A stretch of 64,000 nucleotides of DNA, taken from positions 16,058,001 through 16,122,000 of the forward strand of contig OX597821.1 in NCBI GenBank assembly GCA_951406725.2. Direction: 5' to 3'. The notes under the pieces were generated by a model, which ran no database searches, had not been told where the DNA came from, and saw nothing but the letters and a program-made list of their open reading frames with translations. A program made the position numbers and the translations under genes. The stretch comes from Octopus vulgaris (taxonomy: Eukaryota). Below, piece by piece: positions 38,995-53,334 of this stretch (the first letter of the stretch is position 1; every line of letters begins with the position of its first letter).

Positions 38995-39612
38995 AAGGCG
39001 GCGAGCTGGCAGAAACGTAAGCACGCCGGGTGAAATGCTTACCGCCAATCGACTATCTTTGACTTCTAAGTACAAATGCCGCCGAGGTCCACTTTACCTT
39101 TCATCCTTTCGGGGTCGATAAATTAAGTACCAGTTACGCACTGGTGTAGATGAAATTGACTTAATCTCCTTGTCTGTGTTTGTTTGTCCCCTCTATTTTT
39201 TGCCCCTTTTGGGAAATAAAGAAATGAGAAACGTTAGCACGCGAGCAAAATGCTTAGCGGTATTTAGTCTGCCGTTACTTTCTGAGTTCAAATTTCGCCG
39301 AGGTCAACTTTGCTTTTCATCCTTAAGGCGGCGAGCTGGCCGAAACGCTAGTACGCCGGGCGAAATGCTGAGCGGCATTTCGTCTGCCGCTACGTTTTGC
39401 GTTCAAATTCCGCCGAGGTCAACTTTGCCTTTCATCCTTTCGGGGTCGATTAAATAAGTACCAGTTACGCACTGAATTCGATATAATCGACTTAATCCGT
39501 TTGTCTGTCCTTGTTTGTCCCCTCTGTGTTTAGCCCCTTGTGGGCAGTAAAGAAATAGGTATTTCGTCTGTCTTTATGTTCTGAGTTAAAATTCCGCTGA
39601 GGTCGACTTTGT
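38995..39612 (+). mobile_element. Head-to-tail array of SINE family B units
   Basis: aaggcggcgagctgg at 38995 and ~39325, plus partial units after each aaagaaat tail. Confidence 0.85.
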
Positions 39613-39734
39613 CAGCATTGTTTCTTCATAATACTACAGTTTTGTTGTTGCTTGTTACTTCCCGAATTATGCCTGGTTCATAAAAGCCCGTTTTCCCGGT
39701 TACATTGGTGTATAGGTTTAAGGTTAGGGTCCGT

Positions 39735-39920
39735 TGTAGGTGAGCTGTTAGATGCAAGAGGAAAGAGTCAGAGAGTAAGAAAAAGTCAGCAAAAGTTCGC
39801 CATTACCTTCTGCTGGAGTCGCGTGGAGCTTAGGTATTTCATTCATCGCTCGGTCTGAGATTCGAACCCGCGATCCCTCGATTGCGAGTTCGCTACTGTA
39901 ACCACTAGGCCATGTGGCTC
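39735..39920 (-). mobile_element. tRNA-derived SINE family C-related copy
   Basis: Minus strand tggcctagtgg (A box)...gggttcgaatct (B box)...acctaagctccacgcgactccagcag, similar to the 42387 copy. Confidence 0.7.
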
Positions 39921-40344
39921 AAATATAGTCCAATTTTACTAGTCGATATTTAGCTGATTCTCACAGCTGATATGATTCATACTTTGTACGGAGAACACAA
40001 AACTGATGTAGACCATACGGATTGTTCTTAATTACCGGATCGTAAAATCGTCGAACATTGAATGAGAAAATTGGAGGAGCAGGTGCTTCTGTCTGAAAAC
40101 ATCGCTGAAATAATTACAGCAGGTCTTACTTAATGTATGGTTCGAAATTACCCCAACAACCGAATAGAATTGTACAGATTACTTCCTCGGTACATGATGG
40201 ATATCAAATCATTAAAAAGAGATTCTTTTCAACAAAATATTTTCAATATTTTGCCGATCACTTGTATATGTGCACACACATACACACACCCTCACTCATT
40301 GTTTCTTTTCTCTCTCTTTCTGTCTCTCTCACTCTGTATAAATA

Positions 40345-40448
40345 TTCTTTTACTCTTTTTCTTGTTTCAGTTATTTGAGTGCGGCCATGCTGGAACACCG
40401 CCTGTAGTCGAACAAATCGACCCCAGGGCTTATTCTTTGTAGGCCTAG
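40345..40448 (-). mobile_element. SINE family A 3' fragment
   Basis: cttgtttcagttatttgagtgcggccatgctgg...aaatcgaccccagg. Confidence 0.8.
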
Positions 40449-41223
40449 TTTTAAGATCGTTTTAAGATCCACTGCCAAGCTCTCAATATCTAGGTCTCTC
40501 AGTAGAATCTGCTGCACTAAAATCACCATCAATAAGGGTCAAGAAAGAAGATACTATCTCTACAAAGCTTTTTTATCATATGATCATCTATGTTTGTTAA
40601 TGGTGATCAAGGCCATTGACTGACAGATAGTAATTAGTATGCGTTTCAGACACTTCAATAGCACCGTTCTGACTGCGGTCTTCTACGTCATGGCGACTAC
40701 GGCCAGCTTAATACCATACGCCAGTAACACCATCTTCCACCACCACCACCAAAACCACCAGTTGCTTACACCAACAGTTGGAGAGTCGCTGCTGCTGCTC
40801 ACGCAACCATCGAGCAGTTTATAATAAAATAACGAAATCGATGTAAATACACATTTCTTAGACTGCTTCCTTCTCAAGACAGGACATATGATTGTGTGTG
40901 TGCGTGCGTGTTTGTGTGCATGCGTGTGTGTGCAGCCACAAATATTTACATAGAAATAGACACAGGAAAATAGATGCAAGTACGTAAGTAAAAAACACAT
41001 TTTCCCGTATATATATAGAGGTGAAATTACCGTAAACACAAATTAATATTATTGGTGCTTATGTGTTTATATACGTTTGTGCGTGCGAGTTTGTGTGTAC
41101 GTTTGTGTGTGTGTATGTGTGTGTACACGCGCACCTGTGCATTTTGGGAAGGGGGTCTCTCTCCTGCATGCAAGGATGTGTCTTCAGGTATAAATCTTAA
41201 CATGTGTATCTAAATATATATGT

Positions 41224-41452
41224 TTTTTCATTAAGCACAAGGGGCTACACACAGAGGGGACAAACAAGGACAGACAAACGAATTAAGTCGATTACATCGA
41301 CCCCAGTGCGTAACTGGTACTTAATTTATCGACCCCGAAAGGATGAAAGGCAAAGTCGACCTCGGCGGAATTTGAACTCAGAACGTAGCGGCAGACGAAA
41401 TACGGCTACGCATTTCGCCCAGGGTGCTAACGTTTCTGCCAGCTCGCCGCCT
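41224..41452 (-). mobile_element. SINE family B, full copy with 17-bp TSD
   Basis: tatctaaatatatatgt at 41207-41223 and 41453-41469. Confidence 0.9.
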
Positions 41453-41459
41453 TATCTAA

Positions 41460-41533
<74 letters not shown>

Positions 41534-42140
41534 GCGTGTGTGTGTGTGTGTTAAGTATGGGATTTTTGGTTTTACTATGAAATTGACCTTTGGGTACCAA
41601 TCATGTGTGAAATCATGACAAACACTTAATTATGTATGCATGTGTATATTTTTGCATTCATTTTCCAATATTTGTTGCTTCCATTCCATATGTTAACTGA
41701 CTCACGATTAACTGACTCCTATGTTTCGAGTCCCTTACTTCCCAATCACTCTCTCCTATAGGCTCTTTCTCCCTATGACTTCTTGCACACTATACATTCT
41801 TATTTTCCTCTTCCTTTTCCTTTATCTCTTGGGTCTATTATTTATTTATATATTCAATTTACTTTATCACAGGTTTATATACATATTTATTCTTTTTGGG
41901 TTGTTCAAACTATCTTCCTTTCTTCTGTTTTCCACTTTTCCGAATTTGTCTTTTTTCTCTGCCTTCATTCATTATTTAGTGCGTTCTACATACTTTTCTC
42001 TCTTCCTTACTTGTATGTGTTAGCCACTCTATACCTTCTCTATCAATTGCTTCCTATCTACTAACCTCTGAAAATACTGATAAAACGCCTGGCATTTTAT
42101 CCAACTCTGGACGTTATTCTTAGCAAAATAGAGTGATAAA

Positions 42141-42236
42141 GTGTTCTCTGAGGATCAGATTGTGATTAAATATTAAATTGCACATGGAACATCCAATAGA
42201 GAGTTCCAAGCAACCACAAAACGTACGTAGGAACAC
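42141..42236 (+). ncRNA. Degenerate hammerhead-like motif at the end of a pyrimidine-rich pseudo-LTR-like tract (~41700-42355)
   Basis: gtgttct-CTGAGGA-...-c(A)AAA-cgtacg-TA-ggaacac. 7-bp stem I and palindromic ACGTACGT; G12 lost and stem II poor. Confidence 0.45.
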
Positions 42237-42386
42237 ATGATCAGAAACCTGTATTTATAGTAATTTCTTCTACATGTGCTCTCTGTATTATGAAGTGTAG
42301 TACTAATACGTCTAGTTGTTGCTTAACGACTACAATCAAAGCACACTAGAGTTTATATATATACATATCTACGTGCATGTGTGTGT

Positions 42387-42646
42387 GGAGGCGCAATAGC
42401 CCACTGGCTAGGGCAGCGGACTCCCGGTCGTAGGATCGTGGTTTCGATTCCCAGACTGGGCGTTGTGTGTTTTTATTGAGAGAAAACACCTAAAGCTCCA
42501 TGAGGCTCCGGCAGTTGGTGGTGGTGATCCTTGCTGTACTCTTTCACCACAACTTACTCTCACTCTTTCTTCTCTTGGCCTGCTCGCTTAGCCAGCGGGG
42601 TGGCGTCATTTGAAGGCTAAAACAATGCTAAACGCATTTTGACCAG
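42387..42646 (+). mobile_element. tRNA-derived SINE family C
   Basis: ggaggcgcaatagcccactggctagggcagcggactc...gtttcgattccc head followed by a non-tRNA body. Confidence 0.75.
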
Positions 42647-42729
42647 GTCGGTCACGTGATCACGTGATACATATATATGCATACGTACATATATATATAT
42701 ATATATATATACATATGTATACATGTATG

Positions 42730-42802
<73 letters not shown>

Positions 42803-42804
<2 letters not shown>

Positions 42805-43000
42805 CGCCATGTTGAATCGTTAGCTCCTGCACGCATTTTTTTCTCTCCTTATTTCTTTTCTGTGTATCTTTCTGCTGAAGAGCGTAGGCTCGAAACGTAA
42901 AAGACTTGTTTTATTTCTATTCCTGAGCGCCATACTAATACAATTGTTTGTTTGTACTCCACCTGCCTTCGTCTTTTCTTTATTTTCGTAAACCTTCCCG

Positions 43001-43001
<1 letters not shown>
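42803..43001 (+). mobile_element. Short pseudo-LTR element (family Y) between (TA)n tracts
   Basis: Near-identical to 53085-53318; related to 59010-59180 (-). Confidence 0.8.
42867..42904 (+). ncRNA. Minimal hammerhead-like motif (family Y), non-canonical position 6
   Basis: tcttt-CTGCTGA-a-gagc gtag gctc-GAAA-cg-TA-aaaga. Stem III reduced to the palindrome ACGT. Confidence 0.6.
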
Positions 43002-43087
<86 letters not shown>

Positions 43088-43286
43088 CATAAACAAAAAG
43101 GGTAATAACATAGGTTATTATTACCAGTGGCCTAGCACAAAAGAGGAATTAGTCATTAGACAAAATATTATTCATATAGAAATATAATGAAAGGTTCCCA
43201 AATAAGGAAGCTTAGTGCTACAGACACAAAGAGGGATAAATTCATGGAGAGAGTGAAAATCAAAAACATTTACCATTAACAATATA

Positions 43287-43364
43287 TCCCGGACTGATCA
43301 GTTTCTACCTCTTTCTAGCAAAAGAGACAGAATATGTTTGCCAAGGCAAGGTTCGTTAGCGGGA
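43287..43364 (-). ncRNA. Degenerate hammerhead motif (G5 mutated)
   Basis: Minus strand tcccg-CTAACGA-acct...aggt-a-GAAA-ctgatcag-TC-cggga. Palindromic ACTGATCAGT stem III. Confidence 0.6.
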
Positions 43365-43382
43365 CGCCTTCCTAATTCTAGA

Positions 43383-43446
<64 letters not shown>

Positions 43447-43662
43447 CATGTCTTTTAAATTTATGGTAACGTTTGGAATATGCAGATAACGCTGCTCTTC
43501 TATGATGCCATCACTGTCTCGTGATTCTTGCTAACGTGCGTGTGTGTGCCCCGTGAGAGTGAGAGAGGGGAGATATGGAGAGATGGAGTGTGTGTAGGTG
43601 CATTGGTGTAACCAAGGGTATGGGTATTATGTGTGCAGGTGTGCGATGTAGCATTATCAGAT

Positions 43663-43694
<32 letters not shown>

Positions 43695-43864
43695 CTGGGT
43701 ATTGTTATATTGAGAAATTTGGCATAAACATTAGAAGGGGTGCGTATATGGGGGCGTGAGAGTGAGAGAGGGGTGAGGTGGAGTGTGTGTAGGTGCGTTG
43801 ATTTAAAACTATATATTGTATATATATATAGCTATACATGCATACATGTATATATATATATATA

Positions 43865-44037
43865 CCGGAGTAAACACATAAATGTGAAACAAGGTGGAAA
43901 AAAGAGTACTCAAATACCAGTGGTAGAGTAATATGCTTTATTAGAGTAATTTGCTAGCAAAAACTGTCCGATGAACGGCAACGTGAAACTCAGAGTAACA
44001 GGTTTTGTTGAATTTTCTGCTGCTGTTTTAAATAAAG
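43865..44037. mobile_element. Family X pseudo-LTR element (inverted tail plus forward HHR segment)
   Basis: 43865-43942 is the reverse complement of ~1936-2012; 43954-44037 matches 1861-1941. Confidence 0.8.
43964..44001 (+). ncRNA. Minimal hammerhead (family X), U4 mutated
   Basis: ctgt-CCGATGA-acg gcaa cgt-GAAA-ctc a gag-TA-acag. GNRA-capped stem II and 1-nt-loop stem III. Confidence 0.7.
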
Positions 44038-44038
44038 T

Positions 44039-44101
<63 letters not shown>

Positions 44102-47100
44102 TGCGCAAATATGTATGTATGTATGTATTTATGTGTATATGTATATGTATAGCAGCACCAGCGCCAAGCAGTAATTATGAATAAACGAAGAGGAGGTTAG
44201 TTAAAATATTTTTCGGACATATTTTAACTTTTGAAGGCATATCCACTGCAGATGATGTTGAGAAAAATTCTCTTACATGGTAAAAGGTGTTAAAGCACCA
44301 TATGTGCCTACTTCGAATTCCAAAACACCGGTTTCTGGGTCTTTAGCCTTCCTTACTGGGAAATACCGAAGAAAGATAACCGATGTATATCCGATGCCGT
44401 AGCTTTAACTTGAAATCTGTCAACATTAGTGACTGATTTGCGCTATTCAACCGCCCTGCCGGGCTAAATATAGCAGCATGAACGTCAAGCATGTGAAGGA
44501 ATAAACAAACTTTAGATAAGTTAAAATACGTTTGTGACGTATTTTAAATTCTAAAGAGAAATTCACGGGCAGTCACCAAGTACAAAAAATTTCTCCTACT
44601 ATTAAAAGGAGTAATATCACCATATCTACCTCATAGTGCTCTCTAACGGATTTTCACACGGCCGTTTCTGGCTATTTTCTCTCCCTTCATGGTAACTACC
44701 GGAGAAATAACGTGCGTATTTTCTGATACTATATTAGGAACTACTCATATCCACAATTTATTTTTTTGGATGTTCTAATTTGCATAAATGGCACATTTTA
44801 TCTGCATACACATTTCGCAGTCAAGTTTATCATTTAACATAGCATTTTCACCGTAAACTATTACTTCTGTAGCAACTTCCTATTTTCTATTTGCTTATGA
44901 AAGTTCACTGTCCAAAACATTGGACTGCCCTATTTTACACTGATTCTGCTAAAATATTTATCTTAAATTACTCTTTATAATTTTAATGTCGGAAGCATGA
45001 TCGATATGTAAGATATTTATGGAAACCCTGATATATTTCAATGCATTTGCTGTTTTTATTTCATTAACACTATGGCTAAGTTGTTACAACGCTATCAATG
45101 AAATTTCTTCATTACCTTAAGCAACCGTACCTCACATGTTACAGTAGGCATTATAGTATCTCGACATTTAATATTACTATCCACCAAAAAATTCTCGTTT
45201 ATTGTTCGTATGTGTTATTTGGTTTGCAACTCTTAGACTATTAATAACATAACCTTTTGATTGTTACCTGATAAAATAGCAAATTATAGAAATCAAATAT
45301 GAAAACGCCTTATGCATTACCTTATCATTCTATAAATGTGTGATCATGCACCTGTGTTCAGAATGCACTTCAAATATTGTGTAAAACACTGCAACTGTTA
45401 TACATATTGTAGTATTCTTTAATGCTGACATTGTTTACGTTATAATAATTTAGTAAAAGGATCAGCTTATTTCAGAGTTGCTATTTTGCTTGGTACAGTT
45501 CGCCTATGTTACTTGTTGCTTAAGTTTTCATGTCGCATATACGATTCTCAGATAACATTCTTCGAAATAGCAAAATAGATTCACAGCAAGCAAAAGTCTA
45601 TTTAAATCTAGCTTTTGATTGATTTCCACTTCTAAGTTGAAGATAACCATTTTCACCAAACACTATGGCAAATAATTAATAGGAATCTTGTATTCATACA
45701 AATAGTTTCTTTGAACTTACTTGCAAAGCCTTTCTTATATTGATTATTTGTGTTCCATTTAATACTTCGTGATAACTATATTCAACGTTTTGAATCTGCT
45801 GATTCAGTTATAATCATATTCATCGATATTTATATAACCTTATAAACATCAGGTAACTAGCACTATCATATCGAAGAAATATATGCAGTTTGTTTTCATC
45901 GTCTCAGTGAAACATTTTGAGTTAGTCTTACATGCCAGGGGAATTATTAGAATACATGTGATCATGTGAACAATCACTATTTATAATTACTTGTAATACG
46001 ATCAAATTATGCGCCATTGCCAAGAGTGCTATGGAATGCTCGCTTCCTCTGTCCCACTACCTGTCTGTCTCTCTCTGTCTGACACTCTCTTCCTCCCTTC
46101 CCTGTTATAAATGTAATTTCTCAAACATATACAGACTCATACTTATTCTTTCAATTTATAATGTAGGTGAATGTCAGTTTTAAATTCTTTTTAATTTTAT
46201 ATTTACGTCAATACGTTTTACTACTGTATAAAAGGCTAACAGCGGTCAAAAGTGTGATTGTGTTCTCTATTGTGGCTATAATTAATGCTAAAACTACCAG
46301 TTCTTCATTAAATCGATAATTACATCCACAAACATTCATGTTACTAATAATAATTTCGTTAACGTATAATAACTATTTTTGACGAAATCAGCAGCAACAG
46401 GTATATTGATAAGAATAAGTAATATGTTCGCAAGGCCACACGAGGGATATATTGGAGTTACTTCTCAGCATTATATAGTGATGAACAATGAGAACGAGCA
46501 ACAGTATATCACCTTTGCTAGAAATAGCAGCCAGCAATTTGTATTAGAAAGAAATTAAGCAAAGATTTTTGTAGATAGTTGAAGGTTGTTAAGAAATCGC
46601 AAAATATCTTGTTACTTAATGAACTATGATTGTTTCCAATTTTCTCAGTGTGTTAAAAGACGCACGCATGCATGCACACATACACGTGCACACACAAACC
46701 TTATAAGAAAATTATTGGTTTTGGATTCGCTAGTTATTACATACAGGTATATTCAAAAGAAATATGTTATTGACAATGATTTCGTGAATTCGGAAAGTAT
46801 AAGAATATGTATTATACAACTTTCCTACTAAAAATGGAGTTCTAATGTACTGAACACAAAATGATGGCGAACTGGTCAACTTACAAATCTATTTCATACA
46901 CAAAGGAGAAATAAATTATAGCCAATATAACTGAATGTAATATATTGGCCTATTTTAAATCGACATTGTTGAGATCGAAAGTTATTTATACGCAATTGTG
47001 AATTCTATTCGCATTAGTCCAGCAACGAATCATTTCGAAAGTCATGGGTGAAGCGACAAGCACAAAACCTATAGATTGAACCAAATGGATCGTAGTCATC

Positions 47101-47269
47101 TGGTTTACCTTATGTTGAATTTGTCATACTTCAAGTATTCATAGACAATATAAAATTGTTTTTATGGTATTAAATCATAAAAGAGTAGAATCAATGTTCA
47201 AGAATAGACTAGTAGTGTCTCATGGAAATTAATAGAAGGATGTGTACATAAGCACACGCACATACACAT

Positions 47270-47502
47270 ACATATATATATTATCTATGTATATGTGTGT
47301 ATATATATATATGAATATATATAAATATGTATATATATTATATATATATATATAAATATATATGTATATATGTATATATATATATATGTATATATGTATA
47401 TATATATTTATATATATATATGTATATATATATGTATATATATGTATATATATGTATGTATATATGTATATATTTATATATATATGTATATATGTATATA
47501 TT

Positions 47503-47537
<35 letters not shown>

Positions 47538-47610
47538 GTATATATGCATATATTTATATATATATATATGTATATATGTATGTACGTATATATATGAATA
47601 TATGTATAAA

Positions 47611-47655
<45 letters not shown>

Positions 47656-47750
47656 TTATACATGCATATATATGTTATAGTTATACATTTATATATATAT
47701 TTATCGAGAAGTATAGAGAGATATGTGCATGTGTCTATATATATATATAT
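47270..47750. repeat. Long degenerate (TA)/(TATG) low-complexity tract
   Basis: Direct inspection. Confidence 0.9.
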
Positions 47751-48043
47751 ATGTGTGTGTGTGTATGTGTGAGTTCAGATGTGTGCGTGCGTGTGTGCGC
47801 TCGTACATTTGTGTGCATGGATGGATGCTTGTATGTGTGTGTAAATATATACGTAAGAATCATCGTAGCTTTTCAAATGTTTCCCAAGATAATTAGATTT
47901 GTCTTCTACTCGCACATCATTGGTTCTATTTTCCCTTTCCCTTCAGGATATATATTAGTTTCTTTGACCTTAGGCGAGAAAAATATTCGATTTATTGGCT
48001 TTGTACAGGAAAACTTCAAGAATACACACACACACACATATAC

Positions 48044-48097
<54 letters not shown>

Positions 48098-48197
48098 GTG
48101 TGTGCGTGTATATATATATATATACATGTATGCATGGATAGGTGTGTGTGTGTGTATATATATCTATCTATTTATCTCTCTCCCTCTTTATCTCTGC

Positions 48198-48245
<48 letters not shown>

Positions 48246-48469
48246 CGCTCGCTGAAATGGAATAGAAAGATGTTTTCATTCGTTACGTGCTTGGGATGAG
48301 TGGAGGAGATTTACACTTACTATATACGTAAATTTTAAACTACATTACTAACTTTCTATTATGTTTCTTGCCATCCTGTGGATCATGTACAGGAACAAAC
48401 ACACACATTGACATACTTGTGTGTGTGCGCACGCATTTTTATGTGTGTGTGTGTGTGTGTGTGTATAGA

Positions 48470-48686
48470 CGAGGTGGCACTGAAAAGTTCCTGGTTTTGG
48501 TTGAAGGAAGGCACTTGAGAATCAGTTAATTATGATTTTACTCAATGTTTCCATTACAGATTCACACACTTATAGCAGCGATCCTTAAGTTTTTTTTTAG
48601 AGCCGTTTTAATTACTCGGATATTTGGGTCTCCAGGGAGGCCCTTCGCGATATCCTTAAAGACAAGAACTTTTCACCATCCCTTTG
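48470..48686. mobile_element. Mariner-like MITE
   Basis: Imperfect TIRs cgaggtggcactgaaaagttcctg / caagaacttttcaccatccctttg followed by TA. Confidence 0.55.
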
Positions 48687-48721
48687 TATATATACTTATA
48701 CACACGCACATGCCGATTGGT

Positions 48722-48797
<76 letters not shown>

Positions 48798-48798
<1 letters not shown>

Positions 48799-49118
48799 GT
48801 TTCTTTATTGGCCACACAGGGTTGCACACAGATGGGACAAATTACAATGTAGAGATTTTCTTTTGGGGAATGAAAAAAAATGTGTCGTAGGTTTTCGATC
48901 CAAAGGGATCGTAAAAGGGAAAAAAGAAAAAAAACGAAAAAAAAGGAAAAGAAATAAAAGAAAAAAGAAAAAAGAAGAAAAAAGAGGAAAAAAGGGGAAG
49001 TGGGAAAAAAATGATCAATAGGGATCGTGTATCACAGTGTCATGATGTACGGTGTAAAGGGGGAAGCACATAAGGTTTATCCGTGGGAAGAAAAGCCTAG
49101 GAAAAAGACCACGGTAAC
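48798..49118 (-). mobile_element. Probable LINE 3' UTR remnant ending in (TATC)n
   Basis: Minus strand has a T-rich tract, then tttgtcccatctgtgtgcaaccctgtgtggccaataaagaaa, then (TATC)n. No coding part retained. Confidence 0.5.
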
Positions 49119-52100
49119 TTGCGCGCCTGCACGTGTATAATTTTATATAATTTGCTTTCCGGTTTCTTACTCTTCTCTCTTTTTTCATCTTTGAATATAG
49201 GTTATCAACGTTCTCTTAGCTCTTTTACATTAGGAAACTAGCTCTAATCTTCCAAGAAGCTCGGGCATACCAAACTCTTGCCTATCCTTCGTAAGCAATA
49301 ATTCGTTATGTGTCATATCTTTCGGACGATGATCTTTCGTCCCTCGTGACGCAATTGTCAGACATTTAATATTTTCAAGTTAAAAAACGAAAAGCAAGAA
49401 CAACATCATTTATTATCAATAAAGCTAAATACAATTTTTTCGAAGAGCGAAATTCGTATTCGTTTTAAATGAATATAACTTGAATAACTGGACTTCGGTA
49501 TGTTATTGGTAAAATATTTTGAATTGACATAAGTGACATATAAAAGAAATTTGAATAGAGCTATACGAATACACAATTGATTCTAAACATCTACTTATAT
49601 TCCCAAACCTTAAGTTCAAACATAATGCAAATCTTAACTATTCATGAACCAAAAACACTAGTAACTGTGGCAATTGCTATAAGAATGCGGGCTGTAGTAG
49701 GAAATATCACAGCCACACCCGATGTGAACTAACAATACTCGACTAAACTGACATTTTTACCAAATTGCTTTAAACCCCTCTAATATTAAAACAGAAACCA
49801 ATGAATATATTTCTTCCCAGTTGTCCATTCAGTTAACAACAGCTGCGAAATCTTCCAAAACCTTAACGTAATGTTTCTTTATAAAGAGATACTTTGGGTA
49901 ATATAATCCGAAACATATTGAATGGCTGTCAACAGCTTGAACAAATTTCGTGTTAGATATATTCAAACTAAGCTGATCAACAACGAAACCAAAATAACGA
50001 CTCCCAATGTAATATATTCAAAATTATAAGGAAAATTAATTAAAAGCGTCTTTTGGATATTACGATATCGCATGAGACGTTATATTTTAATCATATCAAA
50101 AATAAAATAGAACCTTAATAAATTGCTTTGATTTTGTCTACTGTGATATTTTGTTATAGCTACAACTAAAGAAATCTAACACTATCTCCCTAGCAGTCCA
50201 CTCGATTCCAGTGAGGCGATATTCATTTACGACAGTGACCGTTTCGTTGTAGTCCTTGCATTTAAGACAGATGTCGCTGACGGCAGAGTAATCAGTTTGA
50301 GATCTGGACCAAACCATATCCGCAGCATTATAAACGCTGTTCATATCACGTTTGTTCCCTCATATTGTGCAAAACCACAGATGTGCTTTTTTAATGCGTT
50401 TCTAACTCTTTCTATTCCACAAGTCAGTTGTAATTCGCTCTGGATTTCACGATACCCAAATCTCTTACTATGGTGACGCCCACTACTGCAAACATGACAC
50501 TGATGTGTTCTAGATTGGAGCATTTTAGTACACCCTCCTAGTGCAGCAAAGTCTCAAGAACCAAAGCGTACACATTCGAATAACGATACTCTGATTCACT
50601 AATTTAGTCATTGGTGGCTTTTTCATAAATAGAGATATATTTTTCTAGTATTTGGATACACACACACTAAACTATCCCAGTCTGCAAGCATCCTTGCCGT
50701 CACCACATATTTGACAAATAAATAGTCAATGAAAATATTTAAATAGTTCATGGCAAATGATCCAGGAATGCCGCGAACTAGATCATTAAAGTATTCAGCT
50801 CGTAATCAGAAGGTTTTATGTTCGGTTCAAATTTAGGGCAGGACGCTTTACAAGTGAGCAAAGCAATGCTTTTCCCGTTGCTGTTGTCTTCTCAAATATA
50901 AATGACGTCTATTCAATTACTTATGGAGCCCCGCTCCACCATCAGACGCCATACGTTCGATCATTCGTGAGACAGAAATCGTGTTACGTCTGATAGTGAC
51001 TTCGCTGATTATCTAAAACAATTAACGAACGGACAATACGTTTCATCAAGTGATATTCACTCGGAAGTGACATCTGCTTGTACTTTTCGTATCTAGGACT
51101 ACTTCGGTGCATACGGCAAATCCATACGGATGATTGTACTTAATCGGGGTTACTTGAGCAAATTCAGGTGTATTCGTATAAAGGTGATTAAGACGAAAGA
51201 CACTGAAACATAATTATTGGCTGTAAATATTATAACATATTTAGAAATATATTCTTATTTTACATATGTTTACCTCACTATACAAATTAGTTTGTAACAT
51301 TCCCCCGTTTAAAATAAACATTCTAACAGCTCAAAAGTGGAAGCCACAAACAATTATAAGAGATGTAAACTGAATATATACACACCGGTAAATCCAATAG
51401 AAAACCGAAACGATATGAATCCACTGGCAATGTCCATGAATCTTTTAAGAAGGTTACATCAGTACAATACTTTAGAAGAGTGCTTGGATATCTGAAAGTA
51501 ATTGTAAATATAGTTTTAAAATTAATATACGGAAATGGTTTGTTATATAAGAAATAGAATTTAAAATCTCACAAGTGTATAGAAATTAATTTTCTTACAT
51601 CACGTAAAGGGTTCAAAATACATATGTAATTTCAAATTTTGTGCGATAATATATTGATTTATGACGAAAGGTAAATATATTCGTTTCTGCTTGAGATACT
51701 CTGCCATTATCTAAATAATAGCGTACTTCTGTAAATAATTTTGATATAATTTTTGCATGTTATTTCAAAGATTTTACAACCGTGTTAGGTGTGTTACAGG
51801 GAGGTTATTAGAAAAAAAGATTTAACTGTACCATTGCCATATCAATATCATTCCGATTTCTGATATAAATTAATATGTTTGTATGTAAACAGTTGAAATT
51901 TCTTAGAGATTCAGCGTTCCGTCTTCTACTGAAGACCTCATATGATTACAGAGCATGGGAGTGTTAGAAACATAGATTCGCACCCGGAAGAGTTATGCCT
52001 ATATTTTAGTGTAAACTTGACTATATAATAAAAGAAAATAACTGTCTGTATTATTCAATAAATTATCAAACTAAATAGGAGTTTATGAAGGACAGCTATC

Positions 52101-52819
52101 AATTCATTACGGCCGTTTCTAATGACTCCTTTAATTGATTAATGAATACATTATATCATTATAAAGAAACGGTGTTTATGAGATGAATACGTGAATTTAA
52201 GAAGGAAGGACATTCAAACTGATTTATCATAGTTTAAATCCACGAAGCAAAACATTTTCAATGATTCTGCTACTATCTGTGTTGACAGTATGGATTTATC
52301 AAAATAATGTATATTTAATGAGATCAGAAAAATTTACGAGGGGGTATGAATAAGGGAGCTCCACTGACACAATTATCCCCACTTCTGACAATAGAGAAAG
52401 CCATGGCTCCGTTTGTCTGCAATATATCTATCAAAGTGTAGTATATTGTCTACTGGTACGTAGTAAGAAAATGATTAATGGTCAGACCAACCTACTGAAT
52501 TATCAAGGTCATTTGTGAAGGAAGCAATTCACAAGCATTATCTCTACTGCCAGACAAGGCAGAGCGAAGTAATAGGGAAGCAAATGATGGAAAGGAGAAG
52601 ATTAATCAAAAAAGAAATCGAACTGTTTCTAAGAATCGTTTCTCAGTGCAAGAGACTAGCACTGAGATAGAGAGAAATCTTTGAAGGATAATGGAATAAA
52701 GGTTATGGGGACAAATCCCTAATCTATTGCTCTGGAATTCATTCATAAGTATAGTATTGACTGTATATTTAATAAAATGCACATGTCTGAATAGCTCAAG
52801 TTTACTATGTATATATATT

Positions 52820-52856
<37 letters not shown>

Positions 52857-52983
52857 ATGTATATATATATATATATAGGTATATATGGATATCTATATGT
52901 ATATATGTATGTGTATATATATATGTGTATATATATATATGTATATATATATAGGTATATATGGATATCTATATGTATATATG

Positions 52984-53318
<335 letters not shown>

Positions 53319-53334
53319 TATATATATATAGTGC

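Noticed and set aside
39850-42460. tRNA-like sequences at ~39850-39920 (-) and 42387-42460 (+)
   Set aside because: They lack a complete cloverleaf and continue into a shared SINE body, so they are SINE heads rather than tRNA genes.
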